Positions 30,442-39,154 of a stretch of 64,000 nt of DNA are shown here, piece after piece. Positions within the stretch are counted from its first letter, which is position 1; each line of letters begins with the position of its first letter. The notes under the pieces are model-generated. The model saw nothing but the letters and a program-made list of their open reading frames with translations, had not been told where the DNA came from and searched no databases. The position numbers were made by a program, and so were the translations under genes. This DNA comes from Candidatus Bipolaricaulota bacterium (GTDB taxonomy: Bacteria; Bipolaricaulota; Bipolaricaulia; UBA7950; UBA9294), in assembly GCA_028277345.1 (NCBI GenBank), contig JANQGM010000026.1, forward strand, positions 76,998-140,997, read 5' to 3'.

Positions 30442-30868
30442 CCTAGAAAAAATGAAAGTCCTGGTGGTTGAGGACAATCCCAATGATGTCACGATTATCA
30501 AGCGCGCCATGCGCAAGAGCGATCTAAAATGCGAGCTTTACTTCGCCGCTGACGGTGAGGAGGCCCTCGATGCCTTGGCGCAAAAGGGCGAATTCGAAGA
30601 CACCCCTCGTCCGGATCTCATCCTGCTGGATATCAACCTTCCAAAGATCAATGGCTTGGAAGTGCTGGCCAAGATCAAGGAAGACGAACGCTTGCGGCGC
30701 ATCCCCGTCATCGTGTTGACCATCTCCGAACGAGAAGAAGACATGGTGAAGGCTTATGACAGCGGCGCGGCCAGCTATATGACGAAACCCGTGGACTCGA
30801 AGGACTTCGAGCGCCTCATTCAAACCGTTCAAGACTATTGGCGCATCGCACGGCGCGCGCCCGAATAG
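30434..30868 (+). CDS. Single-domain response regulator (Rcp1-like)
   Basis: VVEDNPND, PDLILLDINLP, IPVIVLT.S, Y..GA.SY.TKP. Confidence 0.93.
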   Translation: MHNLEKMKVLVVEDNPNDVTIIKRAMRKSDLKCELYFAADGEEALDALAQKGEFEDTPRPDLILLDINLPKINGLEVLAKIKEDERLRRIPVIVLTISEREEDMVKAYDSGAASYMTKPVDSKDFERLIQTVQDYWRIARRAPE

Positions 30869-30880
30869 ACAGTTCTCACA

Positions 30881-30911
30881 CGGCTGCTTGCCTCTCCGCG
30901 GCAGGCAGCCG
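30881..30911 (+). terminator. Stem-loop after the response regulator (no U-tract)
   Basis: CGGCTGCTTGCC-N7-GGCAGGCAGCCG. Confidence 0.5.
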
Positions 30912-31040
30912 ATGCAAAAGACACCTGTCCCTTTTCCCACAGATCGATGACCTCTCGGAATGTCGTAAGCGCGTCGCGCTGAACAGCCCGATTCCATCCC
31001 CCCATTCGCGGGATCAACGTATGCTCTTCGTGCTTGAGAC

Positions 31041-31227
31041 AAGAACGTTGAGGCGCGTGCAAGCGAGGAGAAAACGATCGGAGCAATCCATCGTACCTCC
31101 TTACCAACTTCCGCACCGTACGAGCGGTGCCTCTCCTTGCGCATGAACCTCAAAGAGCTGAAGGCTGTCCGCAGAGAAACAAGCGGAAAGAAGTGATACG
31201 AGTACGGTAGAACAGCCAACGGTTCTT
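31041..31227 (+). ncRNA. Candidate structured non-coding RNA (unassigned family)
   Basis: Nested helices found by eye, GCAA tetraloop, 5'/3' closing stem, in a 400-nt gap between convergent genes. Confidence 0.5.
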
Positions 31228-31232
31228 ACCCC

Positions 31233-31262
31233 GGGAAGGCGGACTCAGCAGCCCGCCTTCCC
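31233..31262 (-). terminator. Stem-loop after the minus-strand secreted protein (no U-tract)
   Basis: GGGAAGGCGG...CCGCCTTCCC 10-bp inverted repeat. Confidence 0.45.
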
Positions 31263-31272
31263 TCCCCCCATT

Positions 31273-32013
31273 TTAGGGACGCTCCATCACGTCATGATAG
31301 ACCGTCTCCGCAAGCTCCATCGCGCGGGACCGCGCAGCATCATCAAGTGGAACGCCGATCAACGCCGCCAATTCGATAATCGATTGCGACAGCTCTTCCG
31401 GCAGGAAGGCTGGCGGCTCGGACGCTTCCTCTGATCCGTAGAGGATTGATCTCAACGATGGCTCGAGCCGGCTCGTTTCACCCGCATTGAGCAGGGTTCG
31501 CAATGAAAATGCCACCGCAAACTCCCACATCCGAACAGCGTCCGGCAGTTCTTCCAACACCGCATCCAAGGCGATCTGGAGCTCATCCTGGAGCGCGTAG
31601 ATTTCCGCGAACAGCCCCTCGTCACCGGCGCGTTTGAGAACATCCAGATCGATCAACTGAAGCTGAGCAAGCGTCACGAGATTCTCCGATTGCCGCGCGC
31701 AAAACTCCGCCAGATCCGCTCGAAGCCTCGCCAGCCGCGGGAGCCCGGCGACGACGTGCGCTCCCGTTTGCGTCAGAAGTTCGATGTGAAGAAGACCCAA
31801 GAGGGTTCCCGTGGTGGGACAGCTCGTATCAAGTCCCCCTGGAATGGCCACATCCGTTCCATAGAAGAGGTAGTCCGAATATGACCGGTGCAAGACGCCA
31901 AGTGGCGCGAACCCATCAAAGGCATCGGCGAACCGGCTTCCCAGCTCCGCGCTCGGACTGGCACATGCCGCCACCGAAAGGCTGATAACGAGAAGTCCCA
32001 GAATGAGTTTCAT
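31273..32013 (-). CDS. Secreted or lipoprotein helical hypothetical protein
   Basis: MKLILGLLVISLSVAAC signal (possible lipobox VAAC); TATGCT 6 nt upstream of ATG. Confidence 0.7.
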   Translation of the reverse strand: MKLILGLLVISLSVAACASPSAELGSRFADAFDGFAPLGVLHRSYSDYLFYGTDVAIPGGLDTSCPTTGTLLGLLHIELLTQTGAHVVAGLPRLARLRADLAEFCARQSENLVTLAQLQLIDLDVLKRAGDEGLFAEIYALQDELQIALDAVLEELPDAVRMWEFAVAFSLRTLLNAGETSRLEPSLRSILYGSEEASEPPAFLPEELSQSIIELAALIGVPLDDAARSRAMELAETVYHDVMERP

Positions 32014-32165
32014 ACGTACAGCATACGGTCTCCGCTCGGATTCGACACCGCGCCCATCAACCAGCAAGGCTGTCAGACAGAATGACAAATTCTGACAATT
32101 TCTCAATAACGCATAAACAGGACGTTTCCGCCCGCGATTTCCCACAGAGTGAGAGAGAAGAATGT

Positions 32166-32194
32166 TTGCCATGCAACTCGCATTTGACTAGAAT
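32166..32194 (+). promoter_or_regulatory. sigma70 promoter of the BMP ABC operon
   Basis: TTGCCA-N17-TAGAAT. Confidence 0.65.
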
Positions 32195-32258
32195 GTCTCT
32201 ACATAAGGCGGGCACCGGAAACGGTGAGAGATTAGGTTTGCGCTTCAAGGAGGTTTCA

Positions 32259-33428
32259 TTGAAGAAGTTCTTTGCACTCACGCTCGTGCTGTTGCTGGGA
32301 ATCTCGGTTCTTGGTCTAGCACAAGGAAAGATTGCGATGGTACTAGACGTTGGCGGACGAGGCGACCTCTCGTTCAACGACATGGGCTTCGCCGGCGCTG
32401 ATAGGGCGGCTGAGGAATTCGGGCTTGAACTCACTGAAGTTCAGAGCGCTTCGGCAGCCGACTACCTTCCGAACTTCCGCAATCTGGCTCGAACCGGGCA
32501 GTTTGATTTGATCATCGGCGTTGGCTTCCTGCTGGGCGATGCGCTGGGAACCGTCGCTGCCGAGTTTCCTGAGCAGAAGTTCGCGATCATTGACGTAGAC
32601 TGGATCGTCGGACCCAACATTATCAACTTCGTGTTCCGAGAAAACGAAATGTCGGCCCTGATTGGCGCGCTCGCCGGTATGGCCGCTGCGGACGCTGGCT
32701 TTGCAGCCACAGGCGTTGTTCTGGGTATCCCGATCCCCGTGCTCTATCACTTCGAAGCCGGGTATCGCTTCGGTCAGGACTGGGGACTCAAGAAGTACGA
32801 AGAACTGACGGGCAACGCCGCTGACGTGGCCATGCTCTACACCTATACCGGTACCTTTGACGACATCGCACTGGGCAAAGCAGCTTCCGAAGCCATGCTC
32901 GCCCAGGGTTCGGTCGGCATCTACAACGTCGCAGGTCCGCTGGGTACGGGCGACCACGAAGCCATCGTCGAATTCCACGATAATGCGGGAACGACCTACG
33001 GTCCTCCCTTCTACTTCGGCGTCGACGCCAATCAGGACTACTTCGGCCAGGGACAACACGCCCTCGCCAGTGGCATGAAGCGTGTTGATGTCGCCGTCTA
33101 CTCCGCCGTGAAGTCCGTCATTGAGGGCACGTTCGAAGCTGGCGTCACCAGCCTCGGTCTTGCCGAGGGTGGCGTCGGAATCAGCAAGCGCGCCGACCTT
33201 GACGCTGCGATCGAATTCGGCGTTGCTGCGGGTGTTGTCGAAGACACCCAGTCCGCTCGCAACCTGATCGTTGCCAACTGGACATCCAACCGTGCCACGG
33301 TTCCGACGTGGATTTGGCAGGCCGTCGACGAGCTCGAAGCCGGCATTCTTGACGGATCCATCGTCGTGTCCAACGCGAACAACGACGAGGAAATCGAGGC
33401 TGTTCGGGCGGAATTCCCGCTCGACTAG
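32259..33428 (+). CDS. BMP-family (PnrA/NupN-like) nucleoside ABC substrate-binding protein
   Basis: SD AAGGAGGT + TTG; D.GGRGD.SFN, IIGVGF, FAIID, GVDANQ, S.MKRVD.AV, GLAEGGVG. Confidence 0.92.
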   Translation: MKKFFALTLVLLLGISVLGLAQGKIAMVLDVGGRGDLSFNDMGFAGADRAAEEFGLELTEVQSASAADYLPNFRNLARTGQFDLIIGVGFLLGDALGTVAAEFPEQKFAIIDVDWIVGPNIINFVFRENEMSALIGALAGMAAADAGFAATGVVLGIPIPVLYHFEAGYRFGQDWGLKKYEELTGNAADVAMLYTYTGTFDDIALGKAASEAMLAQGSVGIYNVAGPLGTGDHEAIVEFHDNAGTTYGPPFYFGVDANQDYFGQGQHALASGMKRVDVAVYSAVKSVIEGTFEAGVTSLGLAEGGVGISKRADLDAAIEFGVAAGVVEDTQSARNLIVANWTSNRATVPTWIWQAVDELEAGILDGSIVVSNANNDEEIEAVRAEFPLD

Positions 33429-33450
33429 AAATGAGAATCGAGTAACAACG

Positions 33451-33491
33451 CGGGAGAGAGGGAGGCTCCTCTCTCCCGTTTCTTCTGTTTT
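33451..33491 (+). terminator. Intra-operon stem-loop or terminator after the binding-protein gene
   Basis: CGGGAGAGAGG-N6-CCTCTCTCCCG followed by a T-rich tract. Confidence 0.7.
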
Positions 33492-33523
33492 CTCAGGGAA
33501 TATTTACTGGGTTGGGGGCATGA

Positions 33524-35122
33524 ATGAGTGACGAACATGCAGCACGGAACAGCGAGATGTTCCTCCGCGCCGAGAAGATCACCAAGGTCTATTCGGATGG
33601 CACCGTAGCACTCAAGGAAGCATCCGTCGAAATCCGCTCCCATGAGATCATCGGCCTTCTGGGAGAAAACGGCGCGGGGAAGACGACGTTTACGAAAATC
33701 TTGTCCGGCCTGCTGCCGCCGACGAGCGGCCGCGTCATTTCTCCTGCTGGCCCTGTTCGATTCTCCAGTCCACGAGAAGCACTGGACTTCGGGATCGGAA
33801 TGGTGCACCAGCACTTCGCCTTGGTGGGCACGTTCACGGCCGCCGAGAACGTCGCTCTGAGCTACGCTCGACCATTTTCGCGAATCCAATTGGCGAAAAC
33901 GATCGAGCAGCTCGAGGCGCTCATGGAAGAAAGCGGACTTGGGGTTCCACTGGACGTCCCTGTGGAGAAGCTCGCGGTAGGAGAACAGCAACGTGTCGAG
34001 ATCCTCAAGGTCCTTTCACGAAACGTCGACCTATTGATTCTCGATGAACCCACGTCTGTTCTCACCCCCCTCGAGGTTGACGAGCTGTTCAATCTGCTTC
34101 GGCGTTTAAGAGATGCAGGCAAATCGATCATCCTGATCACGCATAAGCTCAAGGAAGTTCAAGACGTCACCAACCGCATCATCGTCTTGCGCCAAGGCGA
34201 GTTGGTGGGCGACGTTCAAACGGCCAGCGCGACAACCGAGCAACTGGCGCAGATGATGGTCGGTCAAGCCATTGAGGCAGAGGCAGGCGCCGTCGAACTC
34301 AGTGATGAAGAATTGCCTGCTTCAAGAACCTTGAAGGCCGTCAATCGGACGGTGGATAGCATTTTGCAGGTGGAGAACCTCACGATTCGAGGCAATACCG
34401 GAGAGATCGCTGTGGATGACATTTCCTTCGAGATCCACGGCGGCGAGATCTTTGGCATCGCTGGCGTTGAGGGGAACGGACAAACCGAGCTCGTCGAGTC
34501 ATTGACCGGGTTGCGCGTTCCCGATTCGGGAACCGCCACGATCAACGGAACCAACATCCTGGGCGTCGATCCAAGACAGATCTATCGACTGGGCGTCGCC
34601 CATATTCCCGAAGATCGTTGGGAACTCGGACTGGTGCTTCCCTTCACATTAGCAGAGAACGCGATTCTCGGGGTTCATCGATGGGAACAGTTCCGCGGCG
34701 CCTTGTCGGTTCTGAAATGGGGACGCATCAATCAGCACGTCAAGCAACTCATGGAGCGCTTCGAGATCCGTGCAGCCGGGCCAGGCGCTCCAGCCAAGAG
34801 CCTGTCCGGAGGCAATCAACAGAAGCTGATCGTGGGACGGGAATTGGCCAAGAATCCGGACATTATCGTCGCATCCCAACCCACACGGGGCCTCGATATC
34901 GGAAGCGCCTACTACATTCGACAGACGTTGCTCGACATGCGCGAAAAGGGGCGAGCCATCCTCCTCGTGTCGGCCGATCTGGACGAGGTGCTCGCCCACG
35001 CCGACCGCGTCGCCATCATGTTCGAGGGTCGATTCATGGAAGTCTGTTCGCCAGCTGATTTGACCCGAGAACGCGTCGGGATGCTCATGGGTGGCGTAAC
35101 CGAAGCAAAGGAGACCGCATGA
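33524..35122 (+). CDS. Nucleoside/sugar ABC ATP-binding protein with tandem ATPase domains (NupA-like)
   Basis: GENGAGKTT, GMVHQHF, QQRVEILK, GIAGVEGNGQ.EL, LSGGNQQK, QPTRGLD. Confidence 0.95.
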   Translation: MSDEHAARNSEMFLRAEKITKVYSDGTVALKEASVEIRSHEIIGLLGENGAGKTTFTKILSGLLPPTSGRVISPAGPVRFSSPREALDFGIGMVHQHFALVGTFTAAENVALSYARPFSRIQLAKTIEQLEALMEESGLGVPLDVPVEKLAVGEQQRVEILKVLSRNVDLLILDEPTSVLTPLEVDELFNLLRRLRDAGKSIILITHKLKEVQDVTNRIIVLRQGELVGDVQTASATTEQLAQMMVGQAIEAEAGAVELSDEELPASRTLKAVNRTVDSILQVENLTIRGNTGEIAVDDISFEIHGGEIFGIAGVEGNGQTELVESLTGLRVPDSGTATINGTNILGVDPRQIYRLGVAHIPEDRWELGLVLPFTLAENAILGVHRWEQFRGALSVLKWGRINQHVKQLMERFEIRAAGPGAPAKSLSGGNQQKLIVGRELAKNPDIIVASQPTRGLDIGSAYYIRQTLLDMREKGRAILLVSADLDEVLAHADRVAIMFEGRFMEVCSPADLTRERVGMLMGGVTEAKETA

Positions 35123-36267
35123 GTCCACAAGAAGCACAACGCAAATCACGCCTACTCCGCGGGATCCATCGGACGGTGACCGGCCTGCATCCGGCACTGG
35201 AATCACTCATGGCAGCGGTCGTCGGATTGCTTGTCGGCGCAATTCTCATGAAAATCTGGGGATTCAAGCCATGGGAGGCCTATCGCGCACTCATCCAAGG
35301 TGCCTACGGCGGCGGCTACGAGCTATCAAACACCCTGGCTTGGGCCACGCCCCTCATCCTGACTGCATTGACATTCTCAATGTGCCTGCGGGCGGGCATG
35401 TTCAATATCGGGGCGGAAGGCCAGATGTATATGGGCGCGCTCGCCGCCGTGTGCATCGCCTACTTCGTGTTGCCACCGGGCATTCACCACCTCGTCGGGC
35501 TGCTGTTCGCCGCCACTGCCGGGGCGCTATGGAGCCTGGTCCCAGCTGCGCTGAAACTTCTGCGAGGGGTCAGCGAGGTCATTTCGACCATCATGTTCAA
35601 CTGGATTGCCAGATGGCTGGGTCTGTATTTGACGCTCAACATTTTGGTCGACCCCATTCGTTCGGAGAAGTCCGTTTCGATCCCAACATCGGCTCGGCTA
35701 CCTGTTCTGGTCGAAGGCACCAGTTTGTCTTATGGAATCTTCGTCTCCGTCGCCTTCGCCCTTGTCATCTACTTCCTGTTGTGGCATACGGCCACGGGGT
35801 ACGAACTCAGAGCGGCCGGCTTGAATCCAACGGCGGCCCGCTATGGCGGCATTCGCAACAAACGTACGATGTTCTTGAGTTTTATTCTCGGTGGGATGGC
35901 CGCCGGCCTGGCCGGGGCCACCATCATGATGGGAATGCCGCCCACGTATGCGGCGTTTGGCGGATTCCCACAGATGCTGAACATGGGATTCAATGGCATG
36001 GCCGTCGCGATGGTCGGACGCAATCATCCCATCGGCATCATCATCGCCGCCATCTTCTTCGGTGGGTTGAGTTCGGGAGGGGGCTGGATGCAGATCCTGG
36101 CTGGAGTTCCGCTGGAGATGGTCAACGTTGTCATGGGTGCCATCGTGCTCACCATGTCTATTCCAGAGCTCATTCGCGTCTTCCCGGCCATCAAGAATGG
36201 AACCTACAAGCTCATTCGATCCCTTCGCGATGGGAAGGGCAAGGCCGTTGAGGAGGGATCCACATGA
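35119..36267 (+). CDS. Nucleoside ABC permease (NupB-like)
   Basis: G.FNIGAEGQ, EVISTIMFN, GYELRA.G.N..AARYGG, GRNHP.G. Confidence 0.92.
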   Translation: MSPQEAQRKSRLLRGIHRTVTGLHPALESLMAAVVGLLVGAILMKIWGFKPWEAYRALIQGAYGGGYELSNTLAWATPLILTALTFSMCLRAGMFNIGAEGQMYMGALAAVCIAYFVLPPGIHHLVGLLFAATAGALWSLVPAALKLLRGVSEVISTIMFNWIARWLGLYLTLNILVDPIRSEKSVSIPTSARLPVLVEGTSLSYGIFVSVAFALVIYFLLWHTATGYELRAAGLNPTAARYGGIRNKRTMFLSFILGGMAAGLAGATIMMGMPPTYAAFGGFPQMLNMGFNGMAVAMVGRNHPIGIIIAAIFFGGLSSGGGWMQILAGVPLEMVNVVMGAIVLTMSIPELIRVFPAIKNGTYKLIRSLRDGKGKAVEEGST

Positions 36268-37157
36268 GTCTTAGCAATATCGTCGATCTTATCCGGATTG
36301 CACTACACGCCATGGTCCCGCTTGCATTGACAGCCGTCGGCGAGATCGTGGGAGAGACAGCCGGTCTCTTCAACATCGGCTTAGAAGGCATCCTCCTTCT
36401 GAGTGCCTTTGCCGGAGCCATCGGCGCGGATTTCGGCGGCCCCTTGGTCGGATTGCTTGTTGGCATGGCCGTAGGCGGTGTTGTCTCGCTGCTCTTTGCC
36501 ATTATCAACACCTACTGGAAGGGAACGCAGATGGTGACAGGTGTCGGTATCAATCTGTTTGCCATGGGCTTTGTCGCGTTCGGGCTTATCCAGCTGGGGA
36601 TCCCGGGCCATCACGTGGTCGCCGAAACCGGCCACCTGATGAAATTCCGAACACCGCTCGGCCTGTTCAGTCCCATGATCCTTGTTGCTTTGCTTCTACC
36701 TTTCGTGATCCACTGGTTCATGAAGCGCACACGCGCCGGACTGATGCTCAAAGCCGCCGGCGAAATGCCGGAAGCGGCCGATGTGGCCGGGATCAACATC
36801 AATCGCATTCGACTGGTCGCCGCCGTCTTCGGCGGCGTCATGGCTGGACTGGCGGGCGCCTACATGAGCGTCGGCTGGCTATACATGGTCACCAAAGGCT
36901 TCGCCGCCGGACGGGGATTCATCGCCTTGGCATGCGTTGTTTTCAGCGGACTCAATCCCTTGTTGGCCTTGCTGGCCGCGTTCGTCTTCGGCTTCTTCCA
37001 GGCGCTAGCCGAGTGGGTAAAGACGCTTCCATCGAAACCCATTCCATTCGAATTCGTGTCGATGCTTCCCTACATCGTGACACTGCTCGTCGTTTCCGGT
37101 GCCATCGGACGCGTACGGTTCCCGAAGTTCCTGGGGGTGCCTTATAAGCGTGAATAG
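36264..37157 (+). CDS. Nucleoside ABC permease (NupC-like)
   Basis: NIGLEG, GE.PEAAD.AGIN, GRGFIALA, MLPYIVTL, LG.PY. Confidence 0.92.
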   Translation: MSLSNIVDLIRIALHAMVPLALTAVGEIVGETAGLFNIGLEGILLLSAFAGAIGADFGGPLVGLLVGMAVGGVVSLLFAIINTYWKGTQMVTGVGINLFAMGFVAFGLIQLGIPGHHVVAETGHLMKFRTPLGLFSPMILVALLLPFVIHWFMKRTRAGLMLKAAGEMPEAADVAGININRIRLVAAVFGGVMAGLAGAYMSVGWLYMVTKGFAAGRGFIALACVVFSGLNPLLALLAAFVFGFFQALAEWVKTLPSKPIPFEFVSMLPYIVTLLVVSGAIGRVRFPKFLGVPYKRE

Positions 37158-37181
37158 GCGTGAAAGGACTCAAAAAACGCG

Positions 37182-37210
37182 TTGACTACGCAGAGCTATA
37201 AACCTATGAT
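37182..37210 (+). promoter_or_regulatory. sigma70 promoter of the phn-like operon
   Basis: TTGACT-N17-TATGAT. Confidence 0.7.
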
Positions 37211-37297
37211 AGTGTTATGAGGATTACTGTGGGGAATGGGGCTGGTGCGCTCAGTCCCATTTCCCGAGGTTTCTGCTGCAACACCAGGAGGTGCACC

Positions 37298-38305
37298 ATG
37301 CGTAAGTTCTTGGCTTTGACGCTGATTGCGGTCATGGGTCTCAGCGTCATCGGTTTCGCTCAGCCCGGCTCCAGCCCGGATGAGCCGATCTACATGCTTC
37401 TCGTCCCGTCCACCGAAGGCGCAACCGTCGACCAAGTCGGCCAGGCCATCGCCGAAGCAATCTTCGATCTTACCGGCCTTTACATCGTCGCTAGCCTTCA
37501 GGCGGACTATACGGCCATGATCGAAGCGTTCGCCGCGTCCGAGGGCGACACGTTCGGAATGCCGACAACGGATCAGTACATCCGCATCTATGACCGCACC
37601 GGCGGAAACGTCAGCCCGCGGCTCGGATCGGTCCGCTACGGCTACCCGTACTACTATTCCAGCATCTACGCCCACCGCGATAGCGGAATCACAACGGTCG
37701 ACGACCTCGATGGCAAGATCTGGATCTACAATGACACCGGCTCCACGTCCGGCTATGTCTTCCCGAACATGGTGTTCGAGGATGCCGGCATCGAGTTCGC
37801 CAGCATCGTCACCACCGGTGGCCACACCAACTCGATGGTCGCTCTCATCGAGGGCCAGGGCGACTTCTGCACGGGCTACGGCTCCGCGCCTGGCGCTCCG
37901 GATGCCTGGACCGGCCGCCGCTGGGAATACGGCGACGACCCGGAAATGTGGCTGTGGGACCGCTGGAACAACAAGCTCTTTGAAGGCGACTTCCGCGGCA
38001 CCAACTTCGACCTGCGCCGCGCCGTGCGCAACACCTACGATTGGGACACGGTCCTCACCGACATCGGTGTCGTCCTGAATATCGGCCCCATCCCGAACGA
38101 CTGTCTGGCCTTCGGCCCCGACTTCCCGGTGGACCTCGCCGATCAGATCGTTGAAGCCATCAAGATCCACATCGACACCGAGGAAGGCGCCGCGCTGTGG
38201 GGCGACGAGAACTTCTACGAGTGGACGGCTGTGGCCGACATTGACGATTCGTTCTATGACGGCTACCGCGAAATCCTCGGCCTTCCTGTCCCGGACCGGA
38301 ACTAG
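37298..38305 (+). CDS. phnD: Phosphate/phosphite/phosphonate ABC substrate-binding protein (PhnD-like)
   Basis: SD AGGAGGT; signal peptide; DY.A.IEA, DSGI..VDDL.GK, STSGY.FP, GGH, IPND. Confidence 0.82.
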   Translation: MRKFLALTLIAVMGLSVIGFAQPGSSPDEPIYMLLVPSTEGATVDQVGQAIAEAIFDLTGLYIVASLQADYTAMIEAFAASEGDTFGMPTTDQYIRIYDRTGGNVSPRLGSVRYGYPYYYSSIYAHRDSGITTVDDLDGKIWIYNDTGSTSGYVFPNMVFEDAGIEFASIVTTGGHTNSMVALIEGQGDFCTGYGSAPGAPDAWTGRRWEYGDDPEMWLWDRWNNKLFEGDFRGTNFDLRRAVRNTYDWDTVLTDIGVVLNIGPIPNDCLAFGPDFPVDLADQIVEAIKIHIDTEEGAALWGDENFYEWTAVADIDDSFYDGYREILGLPVPDRN

Positions 38306-38339
38306 GTGAAGGGGTAGGGAAACAACAGAACGTAACTAC

Positions 38340-38367
38340 GCGGGAGGGGCAACCCTCCCGCCTTTTT
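38340..38367 (+). terminator. Intra-operon stem-loop or terminator after the phnD-like gene
   Basis: GCGGGAGGG-GCAA-CCCTCCCGC-CTTTTT. Confidence 0.8.
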
Positions 38368-38383
38368 AAAGGTGTCTGTCATC

Positions 38384-39154
38384 ATGGAAGATCTCATACG
38401 CATAGAAAATCTGGTCAAGATCTACGAGCGAGGCGAAGTTCTCGCACTCAACGACGTCAGCACGACCGTTCAGAAAGGCGAATTTCTCGTCCTTCTCGGT
38501 CTTTCCGGATCCGGCAAGTCCACGCTTCTGCGTTGCATCAACCGCCTCATCGAACCCACAGCGGGAACCATCGTGTTCGATGGAAAGGATGTCACCAAAG
38601 CGTCAAGCCGGCAACTGCGGCACCTTCGCCGGAGAATGGCCATGATCTTCCAGCAATTCAATCTCGTAAAACGATCGTCGGTCTTAACCAATGTGTTGTC
38701 CGGCCGACTCGGCTACGTCAACCCTGCCGCCTCCGCAATCCACAAATTCGCCAAACAGGACATTGCGGATGCCATGGCGTGCCTGGAGCGTGTGGGCATC
38801 CCCGAACAGGCCTACAAACGTGCCGATGAGCTGTCCGGCGGACAACAGCAACGCGTCGGTATTGCCCGCGCATTGATGCAGCAACCCGATCTCCTGATGG
38901 CAGATGAGCCCGTCTCGGCTCTCGATCCGGCCACCGCGCATTCGATCATGCAGTATTTGGAGCAAATGAATCAGGAGGATGATGTCACCGTCGTGACAAG
39001 CCTTCACTTCCTTTCATTGGCCCGAAGGTACGGCGCTCGGATCCTTGCCCTGAAGGATGGAGAGATCGTTTTTGAAGGTTCGCCGGCAGAGATCGACAAG
39101 GTCAAGTTCAAGGAGATCTACGGTGAGGACGCCGAAGAAGTCGAAGTACGTTAA
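38384..39154 (+). CDS. phnC: Phosphonate-type ABC ATP-binding protein
   Basis: GLSGSGKSTLLRCINRL, IFQQFNLV.R.SVL.NVL.GRL, LSGGQQQRV.IARAL, SLH. Confidence 0.92.
   Translation: MEDLIRIENLVKIYERGEVLALNDVSTTVQKGEFLVLLGLSGSGKSTLLRCINRLIEPTAGTIVFDGKDVTKASSRQLRHLRRRMAMIFQQFNLVKRSSVLTNVLSGRLGYVNPAASAIHKFAKQDIADAMACLERVGIPEQAYKRADELSGGQQQRVGIARALMQQPDLLMADEPVSALDPATAHSIMQYLEQMNQEDDVTVVTSLHFLSLARRYGARILALKDGEIVFEGSPAEIDKVKFKEIYGEDAEEVEVR

Noticed and set aside
31048-31200. Lysine riboswitch resemblance (GAGGCGC...GGCTGTC)
   Set aside because: Lacks the expected AGUA and GCCGAA elements in P2, and no same-strand gene lies downstream
30524-31219. 231-aa minus ORF and 102-aa plus ORF across the 30.9-31.2 kb gap
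   Set aside because: They overlap the response regulator and have no RBS or recognisable protein features; RNA structure explains the region better
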